Shown here: positions 38,655-50,447 of the stretch, piece by piece | How positions within the stretch are numbered: position 1 is the first letter of the stretch | How the letters are laid out: every line of letters begins with the position of its first letter | NCBI GenBank assembly: GCA_030390025.1 | Contig: CM059431.1 | Coordinates: 136,960,001-137,024,000 of the forward strand | From: Squalus acanthias | Taxonomy: Eukaryota | Reading direction: 5' to 3' | Length of the DNA: 64,000 nt | Program-made: the position numbers and the translations under genes | The notes under the pieces: model-generated | Databases searched by the model: none | The model's input: the letters and a program-made list of their open reading frames with translations, nothing else | Told to the model about the DNA's origin: nothing

Positions 38655-39437
38655 TTTGTCTCTGATGCCAAGACTACCTTTTAAAAGGAATACCTAACAG
38701 GTAAATTTTCTTTAAAAGTGGTCCCGGATAGAAAGACTCCCTCTTGAAAAGTGAATCTTGATTGAAACACTTTAAAATTGTACCCCAAGGGTGATTCCCT
38801 ATGTAAGAGGTCTCCCTGATAGAAAGACTCCCTGTTTAAAAGGGCTCCCTGATGTTGAGACTCACTCTTTAAAAGGGGTCCCCGATGGTGAGACTCCCTG
38901 TTTAAAAGGGTTCGCTGATGGTGAGACTCTCTTTTTAAAAGGGCTCCGTGATGGTGAGACATCCTCTTTAAAAGTGGTCCCTGTTAGAATGACTCTCTTT
39001 AAAATGGGGCCCCGAGTGTGCGACTCCCTCTTTAAAAGGGGTCACTGATGTGGAGACTCCCCCATTAAAAGGGGTCCCTGATGGTGAGACTCCCTGTTTA
39101 AAATGGGTCCCCGATGGTGAGACTCCCTGTTTAAAAGGGGTCGCTGTTGGTGAGACTCTATATTTTAAAAGTGATCCCTGATGATGAGACTCACTCTTTA
39201 AAATGCCCCGGATAGAAAGACTCCCTCTTTAAATTTGTCTCTGATGCCAAGACTACCTTTTAAAAGGAATACCTAACAGGTAGATTTTCTTTAAAAGTGG
39301 TCCCGGATAGAAAGACTCCCTCTTGAAAAGTGAATCTTGATTGAAACACTTTAAAATTGTACCCCAAGGGTGATTCCCTATGTAAGAGGTCTCCCTGATA
39401 GAAAGACTCCCTGTTTAAAAGGGATTCCTAATGGGGA
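38655..39437 (+). repeat. 33-bp satellite
   Basis: Tandem monomers. Confidence 0.95.
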
Positions 39438-41224
39438 GACTTCTTACAGAAACTCAGCACCCATGGACCGGTTGAACCAGGAATGATCCTCGCCACGATG
39501 GACGTCTCGGCACTCTACAGCAGTATCCCCACGATGAAGGAATCGCTGCGACAGCCTCAGTACTCAACACCAACAACAGCCAATCTCCAGACGCCATCCT
39601 ACAACTCATCCGCTTCATCCTTGACCACAATGTCTTCACCTTCGACAACCAGTTTTTTACCCAAACACACGGAACAGCCATGGGGACCAAATTCGCACCC
39701 CAATACGCCAACATATTCATGCACAAGTTCGAGCAAGACTTCTTCGCTGCACAGGACCTCCAACCAACGCTGTACACCAGATACATCGACGACATTTTCT
39801 TCCTATGGACCCACGGCGAAGAATCACTGAAAAGACTACACGATAACATCAACAAGTTCCATCCTACCATCAAACTCACCATGGACTACTCCTCAGAATC
39901 GGTTTAATTCCTGGACACACGAATCTCCATCAAAGACGGACGCCTCAGCACTTCACTCTACCGCAAGCCCACGGACAACCTCACGATGCTCCACTTCTCC
40001 AGCTTCCACCCTAACCACGTTAAAGAAGCCATCCCCTATGGACAAGCCCTGCGAATACACAGGATCTGCTCAGACGAGGAGGAACGCGATGGGCACCTAC
40101 GGACACTGAAAGACGCCCTCGTAAGAACGGGATCTGACGCTCGACTCGTCCCATAGACCTCCTCAGAAGACAAACACGGGACATAACCAACAGAATACAC
40201 TACGTCGCCCAGTACTTCCCCGGAGCGTAGAAACTACGCCATGTTCTTCGCAGACTTCAACATGTCTTCGATGACGACGAACACCTCGATAAATCCATCC
40301 CCACGCACCCACTACTCGCCTTCAAACAGCCGCCTAACCTCAAACAGACCATCATTCGCAGCAAATTACCCATCTTTCAGGAGAACAGCGACCATGACAC
40401 CACACAACCCTGCCACGGGAACCTCTTCAAGACATGCCAGATCATCAACACAGATACCATCATCACACGTGAGGACACCACCCACCAGGTACATGATACA
40501 TACTCATGTGACTCGGCCAACGTTGTCTACCTTATACGTTGCAGGAAAGGATGCCGCAGAGCATGGTACATTGACGAGACCATGCAGACACTGCGACAAC
40601 GTATGAACGGACATCGCGCAACAATCGCCAGGCAGGAGTATTCCCTCCCAGTCGGGGAACACTTCAGCAGTCAAGGACATTCAGCCTCCGATCTTCTGGT
40701 AAGCGTTCTCCAAGGAGGCCTTCGAGACACGACAACACAAAATCGTCGAGCAGAAACTGATAGCCAAGTTGCACACCCATGAGGACGGCCTTAACCGGGA
40801 TCTTGGGTTCATGTCACGCTACATGTAACCCCACCTGACATAGAGTCATCCAGATTCGAGTCGTCGTTGGCTTGCTCTCTCTACACAGATGCGGCCGGTC
40901 CTGCTGTGATTTCCAGCAAAAAAAGTTTTTTGTTTTCCATACAGACCCCAGCATCTGCCACATTGTCTTTGATGTATTGTTTTCCTGACTGACCTGTTTG
41001 GACACAATCCACACCTTTGATTGCCGTGATTATCTCTCTGCCGACGTGTGATAAAGGGCAGTTGGAAAGATTAACTGTAATCATCTGGCAGTGTTCTCTG
41101 ACTATATATATGCTGTGCCTATATGCATCTCTTCTCTTCACCTGACGAAGGAGCAGCGCTCCGAAAGCTTGTGATTTCAAATAAAGCTGTTGGACTGCAA
41201 CCTGGTGTTGTGCGGATCCTCACA
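39438..41224 (+). mobile_element. Penelope-like element (duplicate; retains RYIDD)
   Basis: Offset 13193 from copy 1. Confidence 0.9.
41138..41174 (+). ncRNA. Minimal type I hammerhead ribozyme motif (duplicate)
   Basis: Identical to 27945-27981. Confidence 0.75.
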
Positions 41225-44200
41225 TTTAAATGGGTTAGCTGATGGTGAGACATTCTCTTTAAAAACGGTCCCTGATGCTGAAACAAGCTCTTTTACAGGG
41301 GTCCCTGATGGTGAGACTCTCTCTTCAAAAGGGGTCCCTGGTGAAAAAGACTCTTTCATTAAAAGGGGTCCCTGACGAGTATACTCACTTTTAAAAAACG
41401 GCCCCTGATGGTGAGACTCTCGCTTCAAAAGGGATACCTGATGGAGAGACTTTCTCTTTAAAAGCGGTCCCTGATACTGAAACTCCCTCTTTAAAAAGGG
41501 TCCCTGATGGCGAGGTTCCCTCTTTAAAAGGGGTCTCTGACGACGAGTTTCTCTTTAAAAGAGGTCGCTGATGGTGAGACTTCCTCTTTGAAAGGGATCC
41601 CTGATGTGGAGACTCTCCAGGTAAAAGGAGACGCTGATGGTGAGACTCTCTTTAAAAGGGATCCGTTATGGTGAGACACCCTCTTTAATAGAGGTCGCTG
41701 ATGGTGAGACTCCCTCTTTAAAAGGGATCCCTGATGGGGAGACTCTATCTTTGAAAAGGGTCCCTGATGCTGAAAAACACTCTTTTAAAGGTGTCCCTGA
41801 CGGTGAGACTCTCTCTTTTAAAGATATCAGTAAAAGATAGATTCTCTTTAAAAAATGGTCCCTGATAGAAAGACTCCCTATTTAAAAGTGAGCCTTGATT
41901 GAAAGACTCTCTCTTTAAAATGGTACACCAAGAGTGAGACTCCCTATGCAAAAGGGCTCCCTGATAGAAAGACTCTCTCTTTAAAAGGGTCTCTGATGGT
42001 GAGACTCCCTCTTTATAAGGGATTTGTAATGGGGAGACTCTCACTTTAAAAGGGGTAGTTGATGGTGAGACTTTCTCTTTAAAATCGGTACCTGATGCTG
42101 AAACAAGCTCCTTTAAAGGGGTCCCTGAAGGTGAGACTCTCTCTTCAAAAGGGGACCCTGGTGGTTAGACTCTCTCATTAAAAGGTGTTCCTGACGGGTA
42201 TACACCTTTTTCAAAAGGGGTCCCTGATGGTGAGACTCCGTCTTTAAAAGGGCTCCCTGATGTCGAGACGCTCTCTTTAAAAGAGGTCCCTGATGCCGAG
42301 ACTCTCTCTTTAAAAGGGGTCCCCGATGCGGAGACTGCCTCTTTAAAACGGGTCCCTGATAGAATTACCCTCTCTTTAAAAGGGGTCCCTGATGGTGAGA
42401 CTCCCTCTTTAAAAGTGCTCCCTGATGGTGAGACTCTCTCTTTAAAAGGGGTCCTTGATGTTGAGACGCCCACTTTAAAAGTGGTCCCTCTCAGAATGAC
42501 TCTCTCTTTAAAATGGGTCCCCGAGGGTGCGACTCCCTCTTTAAAACGTATCCCTGATGTGGAGACTCCCTCATTAAAAGTGATCACTGATGGTGAGACT
42601 CTCTCTTTAAAAGAAGTTCATGACGGTGAGACTCACTCTTTAAAAGGCCCCGGATAGAAAGACTTTCTCTTTAAATGGGTCTGTGATGGGGAGACTCCCA
42701 CTTTAAAAGGGATCCCTAATAGGGAGGCTGTATCTTTAAAAAAAGGGTCGCTGATGCTAAAACACACTCTTTTAAAGGGGTCTCTGATGGTGAGACTTTC
42801 TCTTTAAAAGGTGTTCCTAATAGGTAGATTCTCTTTAAAAGTGATTCCTGTTAGAAATACTCCCTCTTTAAAAGTGAATCTTGATTGAAAGACTCTCTCT
42901 TTAAAATGGTACCCCAAGGATGACTCCCTATGTAAGAGGGCTCCCTGATAGAAAGACTCCCTGTTTAAAAGCGATTCCTAATGGGGAGACTCTCTTTAAA
43001 AGGGGTCCCAGATGGTGAGACTCTCTTTTCAAAAGTGGTCCCTGATGGTGAGACTCCCTCTTTAAAAGCTGTCCGTAATGGGGAGACTCTCTGTTTAAAA
43101 GGGGTCCCTAATAGAAAGACTCTCTCTTTAAAATGGGTCTCCTAGGGTGACACTCCCTCTTTAAAAGGGGTCTCTGGTAGAATTACTCTCACTTTAAAAG
43201 GAGTCTCTGATGGAGCGACTCTCTCTTTAAAAGAGGTCCCTGATGGTGAGACTCTCTCTTTAAAAGCTGTCCCTGATGGTGAGACTCTCTCTTTAAAAGA
43301 GGTCCCTGATGGTGAGACTCCCTCTTTAAAAGCTGTCCCTGATGGTGAGACTCTCTCTTTAAAAGAGGTCCCTGATGGTGAGACTCCCTCTTTAAAAGGG
43401 GTCCCTGATGGTGAGAGTCTCTGTTTAAAAGGGATCCCTGATAGTGAGACTCACTGTTTAAAAGGCCCCCGGATATCAAGTCTCCCTCTTAAAATGGGTC
43501 TCTGATGGTGAGACTCCAGCTTTAAAAGGGATTCCTAATGGGGACACACGCTCTTTACATTATGTCACTGATGCTGAAACGCACTCTTTTTAGGGGTCCC
43601 TGATGGTGAGACTCCCTCTTTAAAAGGGGTTCCTGATGGCGAGACTCTCTCTTTAAAAGGGGTTCCTGAAAGAAAGACGACCTCTTTAAAACTTGTCCCT
43701 GATGGTGAGACTCCCACTTTAAAAGATGTTCCTGATGATGAGACTCCCTCTTTAAAAGTGGTCCCTGATGGTGAGACTCACTCTTTAAAAGTGGTCTCTG
43801 ACGGTGAGACTCCCTGTTTAAAAGGGGTCTCTGATAGAAAGACACCCTCTTTAAAACGGGTCCTTGATGCTGACACTCCCTCTATAACAGGGTTCGCTGA
43901 TGGTGAGACTCTCTCATTAAAAGGTGTCCGTAATAGGAAGATTCTCTTTCAAAGTGATCTCTATTAGAATGAATCTCTCTTTAAAATGTTTCCCCGAGGG
44001 TGAGACCCCCTCTTTAAAATGGATCCGATAGAAAGTCTCTCTCTTTAAAAGTGGTCCCTAATGGTGAGACTCCCCCTTGAAAAGGGATCCCTGATGGTGA
44101 GACTCATTCTTTAAAAGGGATACGATGGCGAGACTCTCTTTAAAAGGGGTCCCTGCTGATGAGACTCTCTATTTAAAAGGACTTTCTGATTTTGAGACGT

Positions 44201-44918
44201 GCACTTTAACAGAGAACCCTGATGGTGAGAGTCTCTCTTCAAAATGTGTCCCTGAATGTTCGACACCCTCTTTTAAAGGTTTCCCTGATGCTGAAATACC
44301 GTCTTTAATAGAGGTCCCTGATGGAGAGAAGCCCTCTTTACAATTGATTACTAATGGGGAGACGCTCTCTTTAAAAGGGGTCCCTGATGTTGAGACTCTC
44401 TATTTAAATGGGGTCACTGATGGTGAGACTCCCTCTTTGAAAGGGGTCCCTGATTGCGAGATTCTCTCTTTAAAGTGAGTCCCTGATGGTGAGACCCCCT
44501 CTTTGAAAGAGGTCCCTGATGGTGAGACTCCCTTTTTAAAAGGGGTCGCTGTTGGTGAGACTCTCTCTTTAAAAGGCGCCCCTGATGGTGAGATTCTCTC
44601 TTGAAAAGGGATCCCTGATGGTGAGAGTCACTCTTTAAAAGCGGTCCCTAATGGGAATATTCTCTTTAAAATGTGCCCCTTATAGAAAGACAACCTCTTT
44701 AAAAGGGGTCCCTGATTGTGAGAATCACTATTTAAAAAGGGTCCCTGATGCTGAAACCCCCACTTTAAAAAGTGTCTCTGATGGTGAGACTCCATCTTTA
44801 ATAGGGGTTCCTGGTGGTGAGACTCCCTCTTTGAAAGGGGTCCCTGATGGCGAGATTCTCTCTTTAAAAGGGGTCCCTGGTGAACAGATTCTCTCATTAA
44901 AAGGGGTTCCAGACTGGG
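41225..44918 (+). repeat. 33-bp satellite (duplicate)
   Basis: Tandem monomers. Confidence 0.95.
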
Positions 44919-46323
44919 ATAGAAACATAGAAATATAGAAACATAGAAGATAGGAGCAGGAGTTGGCCATTCGTCCCCTCGAGCCTGCTCCGGAATTTAA
45001 AGAGATCCTGGCTGATTTTCCAAACTCAGTACCCAGTCCCTGCTTTCTTCCCATATCGCTTGATTCCTTTAGCCTTAAGAAATATATCTAGCTCATTCTT
45101 GAATATATTTAATGAATTGGCCTCAACTGCCTTCTGTGGTAGAGAATTCCATAGGTTCACCACTCTCTGGGTGAAGAAATTCCTCCTCATCTCAGTCCTA
45201 AATGGCTTACCCCTTATCAATAGACTGTGAACACTGTTTCTGGACTCCCCGCCATCGGGAACATCCTTCCTGCAGCTAATCTGTCTAGTCCTGTTATAAT
45301 TTTATAAGTTTCAATGAGATCCCCTCTCATTCTTCTAAACTCTAGCGAATACAAGCCCAATCGTCCCAATCTCTCTTCATACGTCATTCCTGCCATCCCA
45401 GGTATCAGTCTGGTGAATCTTCGCTGCACTCCCTCCATGGCAAGAACATCCTTCCTCAAATAAGGCGACCAAAACTGCGCACAATATTCAACGTGTGGTC
45501 TCACCAAGGCCCTGTACAACTGCAGCAAGACATCCTTGCTCCTGTACTCGAATCCTCTCGCTATGAAGGCCAACATACAATTCGCCTTCTTAACCGCCTG
45601 CTGCACCTGCATGCTTACCTACAACGACTGGTGCACAAGGACTCCCAAGTCTCGTTGCACTTCCTCTTTTCCCTATCTATTGCCGTTCAGATAATAATCT
45701 GCTTTCCTGTTTTTGCCACCAAAGTGGATAACCTCGCATTTATCCACATTATACGGCTTCTGCCATGCATTTGCCCAATCACCCAACTTGTCCAAACTAT
45801 AATGGATTTTCTCTGCATCCTCCTCACAGCACACACGCCCACCCAGCTTTGTGTCTGCTGCAAACTTGGAGAAATTACATCTAGTTCCCTCGTCTAGATC
45901 ATTAATATATATAGTGAATAACTGGGGTCCTAGCACCGATCCCTGCGTTACCCCACTAGTCACTACCTGCCACTCGGAAAAAGACCCGTTTATTCCTACT
46001 CTCTGCTTCCTGTCTGCCAACCAGTTCTCTATCCAAGTCAGTACTTTACCCCCAATCCCATGTGCTTTAACTTTGCACGCTAATCTCTTATTTGGGACCT
46101 TATCGAAAGCCTTCTGAAAGTCCAAATACACCACATCCACTGGTTCTCCCTTATCTATTCTACCAGTTACATCCTCGAAAAATTCTTGTAGATTAGTCAA
46201 GCATGATTTACCTTTTGAAAATCCATGTTGACTTTGTCCGATCCTGTCACTGTTTTCCGAGTGCTCTGCTGTTACATCTTTTATAATGGTCTCTAGCATT
46301 TTCCCCACTACCGATGTCAGTCT
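44919..46323 (-). mobile_element. CR1 LINE, 5'-truncated (duplicate)
   Basis: Same ORFs as 31726-33130. Confidence 0.92.
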
Positions 46324-46325
46324 TA

Positions 46326-49300
46326 CATAGAAACATAGAAACATAGAAGATAGGAGCAGGAGTAGGCCATTCGGCCCCTCGAGCCTGCTCCACCATTCAA
46401 TGAGATCATGGCTGATCATCCAAACTCAGTACCCTCTACCCGCCTTCTCCCCATATCCCTTGATACCTTTAGCTTTAAGAAATATATCTAACTCAATCGT
46501 GAATATATTTAATGATTTGGCCTCAACTACCTTCTGTGGTAGAGAATTCCACAGGTTCACCACTCTCTGGGTGAATAAATTCTTCCTTATTTCTGTCTTA
46601 AATGGCTTACCCGTTATCCTTAGATTATGACCCCTGGTTCTGGACTCTCCGACCATCAGGAACATTCTTCCTGCATCTAGTTTGTCCAGACCTGTCAGAA
46701 TTTTATATGTTTCGATGAGATCACCTCTCATTCTTCTATACTCCAGCGAGTATAAGCCCAATCGACCCAATCTCTCCTCATATGTAATACCTGCCATCCC
46801 AGGTATCAGCCTTGTGAATATTCGCTGAACTCCTTCGATGGCAAGAACATCCTTCCTCAGATAAGGCGACCAAAGCTGCACACAGTACTCAAGGTGTGGT
46901 CTCACCAAGGCCCTGTACAACTGCAGCAGGACATCCGTGTTCCTTTACTCAAATTCTTTCGCTATGAAGGCCAACATACAATTTGCCTTCTTCACCGCCT
47001 GCTGCACCTGCATGCTTACTTTCAGCGACTGGTGCACAAGGACACCTAGGTCTCGTTGCACTTCCTCTTCTCCCAAACTATTGCCATTCAGATAATAGTC
47101 TGCCTTTCTGTTTTTGACACCAAAGTCGATAACCTTGCACTTATCCACGTTATATTGCATCTGCCACGCTTCTGCCCACTCACCCAACCTGTCCAAATCA
47201 TCCTGGAGTTTATCGGTATCCTCCTCGCAGCACACACTCCCACCCAGCTTTGTGTCATCTGCAAACTTGGAGATATTACATTTGGTTCCCTTATCTATAT
47301 CATTAATGTATATTGTGAATAGCTGGGGTCCAAGGACCGATCCCTGCGGTTCCTCACTAGTCACTGCTTGCCACTCGGAAAAAGACCCATTAATTCCTAC
47401 TCTCTGCTTTCTGTCCGCCAACCAGTTCTCTATCCAAGTCAATACCTTGCCCCCAATCCCATGTGCCTTAACTTTACACGCTAATCTCTTTATGCGGGAC
47501 CTTATCAAAAGCCTTTTGAAAGTCCAAATACACCACATCTACTGGTTCTCCCTTATCTATTCTACCAGTTACATCCTCGAAAAATTCCTGTAGATTAGTC
47601 AAGCATGATTTACCTTTTGTAAATCCATGTTGACTTTGTCCGATCCTGTCACTGTTTTTCAAGTGATCAGCTATTACTTCCTTTATAATGGACTCTAGCA
47701 TTTTCCCCAATACCGATGTCAGGCTTACCGGTCTGTAATTCCCCGCTTTCTCTCTACCACCCTTTTTGAATAGTGGGGTAACATTGGCTACCCTCTCATC
47801 CATGGGTACAGTTCCAGATTCCATCGAATGTTGGAAGATGATCAGCAATGCATCTACTATTTCTCGGGCCACTTCCTTAATTACCCAGGATGTAGATTAT
47901 CACGCCCTGGGGATTAATCGGCCTTCAATCCCATCAATTTCCCTAACACCATTTCCCTGCAAATACTGATTTATTTCAGTTCCTCCCTTTCATCAGATCG
48001 TATGTTCTCCAACCTCTCTGGAAGGTTATTTGTGTCCTCCTTTGTGAAGACAGAACCAAAATATGCATTTAATTGGTCCGCCATTTCTTTGTTCCCCATT
48101 ATAACTTCCCCCGCTTCTGACTGCAAGGGACCTACACTTGTTTTCACTAATCTTTTTCTCTTCACATACCTATAAAAGCTCTTACAGTCAGTTTTTATGT
48201 TCCTAGCAAGCTTACTTTCATATTCTATTTTCCCCTTCTTAATTAATCCCTTTGTCCTCTGTTGAATCCTAAACTGCTCCCAATCCTCAGGGCTACCGCT
48301 TTTTCTGGCCAATTTATATGCCCTCTCCTTGGATGTTATGCTATCCCTAATTTCCCTTGTTAGCCATGGTTGAGTCACCCTTTTTGTTTTAATCTTATGC
48401 CACACTGGGATGAACAAATTCTGTAGTTCATCCATGCAGTCTTTGAATGTTTGCCATTGCCTATCCACGGTCAACCCCTTGATTGACATTCCCCAATCAA
48501 TCCTACCCAATTCGCGCCTCATACCATCGTAGTTTCCTTTATTTAAATTCAGGAACCTAGTCTCTGATTCAACGACTTCACTCTCCATCCTAATGAAGAA
48601 TTCTATCATATTATGATCACTGTGACCCAAGGGGCCTCGTACAACAAGCTTGCTAATTAATCCTTTCTCGTTACATAATACCCAGTCTAAGATGGTCTGA
48701 TCTCTGGTTGGTTCCTGGACATATTGTTCCAGAAAACCATCTCGTAAACATTCTAGGAATTCCTCCTCCACAGTATTTTTACTAATTTGGTTAGCCCAAT
48801 CTATATGTAAATTAAAGTCACCCATGATGACTGCTGTGCCCTTACTGCATGCTTCTCTAATTTCCCTTTTAATGCCGTCCCCAAACTCCGTATTACTGTT
48901 TGGAGGTCTATATACCACTCCCACTAACGTTTTCTGCTCCTTGTTATTTCTCAGTTCTACCCATACAGATTCCGCATCATCAGAGCTAATATTCTTCCTT
49001 TCAATTGTGTTAATCCCCTCTTTAACCAGCAATGCTACCCCACCTCCCTTTCTTTTTTGCCTATCTTTACTAAATATTGAATAACCCTGGATGTTGAGTT
49101 CCCAGCCTTGGCCATCCTGGAGCCATGTTCCTGTAATCCCAATCAAATCGTCTTCATTTATCTCTATTTGCGCAGCTAATTCATCCACCTTGTTCCGAAT
49201 ATCCTTGCATTAATACACAAAGCTTTCAGGCTTGTTGTTTTAACGCTCTCAGACCTATATGGAATATTATTTACTGTGACCATGTTTGATTTAAACCGTT

Positions 49301-50132
49301 GAGTTCTTTGCCTTCTACTTTTGTTTTTCTCCTTCCTGTCTTTAGCTTTTATCCTTGTTTCCCTTTCCTCTGTCTCCCTGCACCGGTTCCCAACCCCCTG
49401 CCACTTTAGTTTAAACCCTCCCCAACAGCACTAGCAAACACTCCCCCTAGGACATCGGACCCGGCCCTGCCCAGGTGCAGACCGTCCCCTTTGTACTGGT
49501 CCCACCTCCCCCAGAACGGGTTCCAATGTCCAAGGAATTTGAATCCCTCCCCCTTGCACCATTCCTCTAGCCACGAATTCATTTGAAATATTCTCGTATT
49601 TCTACTCTGATTAGCACGTGGCACTGGTAGCAATCCTAAGATTACTACCTTTGCGGTCCTCTTTTTTAATTTACCTCCTAACTCCCTATATTCTGCTTTT
49701 AGGACCTCATCCCGTTTTTTACCTATATCGTTGATGCCTATGTGCACCACGACAACTGGCTGCTCGCCCTCCCCCTCCGAAATGTTCTGTAGCCGCTCCG
49801 AGACGTCCTTGACCCTTACACCAGGGAGGCAACACACCATCCTGGAGTCTAAATTGCGGCCGCAGAAACGCCTATCTATTCCCCTTACAATTGAATCCCC
49901 TATCACTATAGCTCTTCCATACTTTTTCCTCCCTGCCTGTGCAGCAGAGCCACCCATGGTGCCAGAAAGTTGGCTGCTGCCGCCTTCCCCTGATAAGAAA
50001 TCCCCCCCCCCAACAGCATCCAAAGAGGTATAACTGTTTGAGAGGGGGATGGCAACACGGGACCCCTGCACTACCTGCCTGCACCTCTTACTTTGCCTGG
50101 TGATCACCCATTCACTTCCTGCCTGTATACCC
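46326..50132 (-). mobile_element. Long CR1 LINE (duplicate); continues at ~55393-55500 beyond the Gypsy
   Basis: ORFs 47971..49188 and 49406..50107. Confidence 0.93.
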
Positions 50133-50447
50133 TGTCATAAATCGCAAGTAACAACTCAGGAAGTACTACTGGGCGGCCAGCTGGGGCGCCGTCCAGGGAG
50201 TATAAATACTCAGGCATGGGCCCACCTTGGGCAGAGACAATCTGGAAACAGGAAGCTAGTGACTGCTAACTAAACCTCCATGTTTTGTTACAAGTTGATT
50301 AAAGCCTTGCTTTATGTTCAAGTGCGTAGTGAGTCTTTATTACGTCAATTTAATCAACTTGATATCGTCTCCACGCTGTGGGTGATTCGGAACAACCAGC
50401 TGCAACTCGAACCACAGAAGGGAACTTGGGTAAGAAACTGATCCATC

